NCBI GenBank assembly: GCA_963736785.1
Contig: CAVTQG010000030.1
Span: forward strand, 7,206 to 71,205
Source of the DNA: an uncultured Spirochaetota bacterium
GTDB lineage: Bacteria; Spirochaetota; Spirochaetia; SZUA-6; DRHE01
Direction of reading: 5' to 3'
DNA length: 64,000 bases
This document shows positions 63,877 to 64,000 of this stretch, in pieces; the first letter of the stretch is position 1, and every line of letters starts with the position of its first letter. The notes under the pieces were generated by a model. It saw only the letters and a list, made by a program, of their open reading frames with translations, was not told the DNA's origin and searched no databases. Both the position numbers and the translations under genes were made by a program.

Positions 63877-64000
63877 ATGTATCGAAAGCACGTCCAGCAT
63901 CCCGAGTTCGAAAGTTTCTTTCTTCCCTTTGGTGGGCACCTCGATAGCGACAACCGCTGGGTGCGCATGGCCAAACTGATTCCCTGGACCGAGGTTGAGC
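63877..64000 (+). mobile_element. 5' end of an IS5/IS1182-like transposase gene (runs off window end)
   Basis: My translation is MYRKHVQHPEFESFFLPFGGHLDSDNRWVRMAKLIPWTEVE. The F-LPFGG-L--DNRWV--A-LIPW pattern is the N-terminal (DUF772-type) signature I associate with IS5/IS1182-group transposases. IS ends were not identified. Confidence 0.6.

Overview
The window holds 64 kb of bacterial DNA in two compositional parts.

(1) Positions 1 to about 59,750 are very GC-rich (about 70% by eye) and look chromosomal, with roughly 57 genes:
- a partial c-type cytochrome
- three PlsC-type acyltransferases; two carry an embedded zinc ribbon, and one of those two is also fused to an ICMT-like methyltransferase
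- a D-lyxose-isomerase-like cupin and a PHP histidinol phosphatase
- an iron cluster (bacterioferritin, VIT1/CCC1, ECF sigma factor)
- a copA-csoR-copZ copper operon with a C9-A-G7 operator-like palindrome
- a four-gene array of Zn-ribbon hydrolase, membrane protein, large radical-SAM protein and ICMT-acyltransferase
- a lipid kinase, YjbQ and RluA
- an xdhA-xdhB-putA array followed by a giant BcrAD/BadFG-type activase
- a transglutaminase-like/TPR envelope protein followed by two lower-GC surface-protein ORFs
- CGNR, ArsR-SRPBCC and a methyltransferase
- ssnA, a preA-like gene and ygeY, which are marker families of selenium-dependent Mo-hydroxylase neighbourhoods
- an IclR-linked sugar-acid locus (PfkB kinase, HpcH aldolase, SDR, ABC transporter)
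- a flavin reductase, thrC and glgP
- a fused 2Fe-2S/MoCo XdhD-like hydroxylase whose 3' end is duplicated as a perfect 103-bp direct repeat around a CAP-domain lipoprotein cassette

(2) Positions about 59,750 to 64,000 form a lower-GC (about 50% by eye) accessory segment. It carries a DUF3494 ice-binding-like protein followed by a T-x-T decapeptide-repeat ORF, an RHH regulator, a PAS-PAS histidine kinase with a 308-bp near-identical internal duplication, a CheY-like regulator, and the 5' end of an IS transposase.

I saw no rRNA, tRNA or CRISPR array.

Major caveat: about half of the clearly conserved genes are split over 2-5 reading frames. The coordinates given are therefore gene spans assembled from several track ORFs plus my own translation, not clean ORFs. 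Most of the very long Arg/Pro/Gly-rich ORFs in the track are antisense shadows typical of high-GC DNA.
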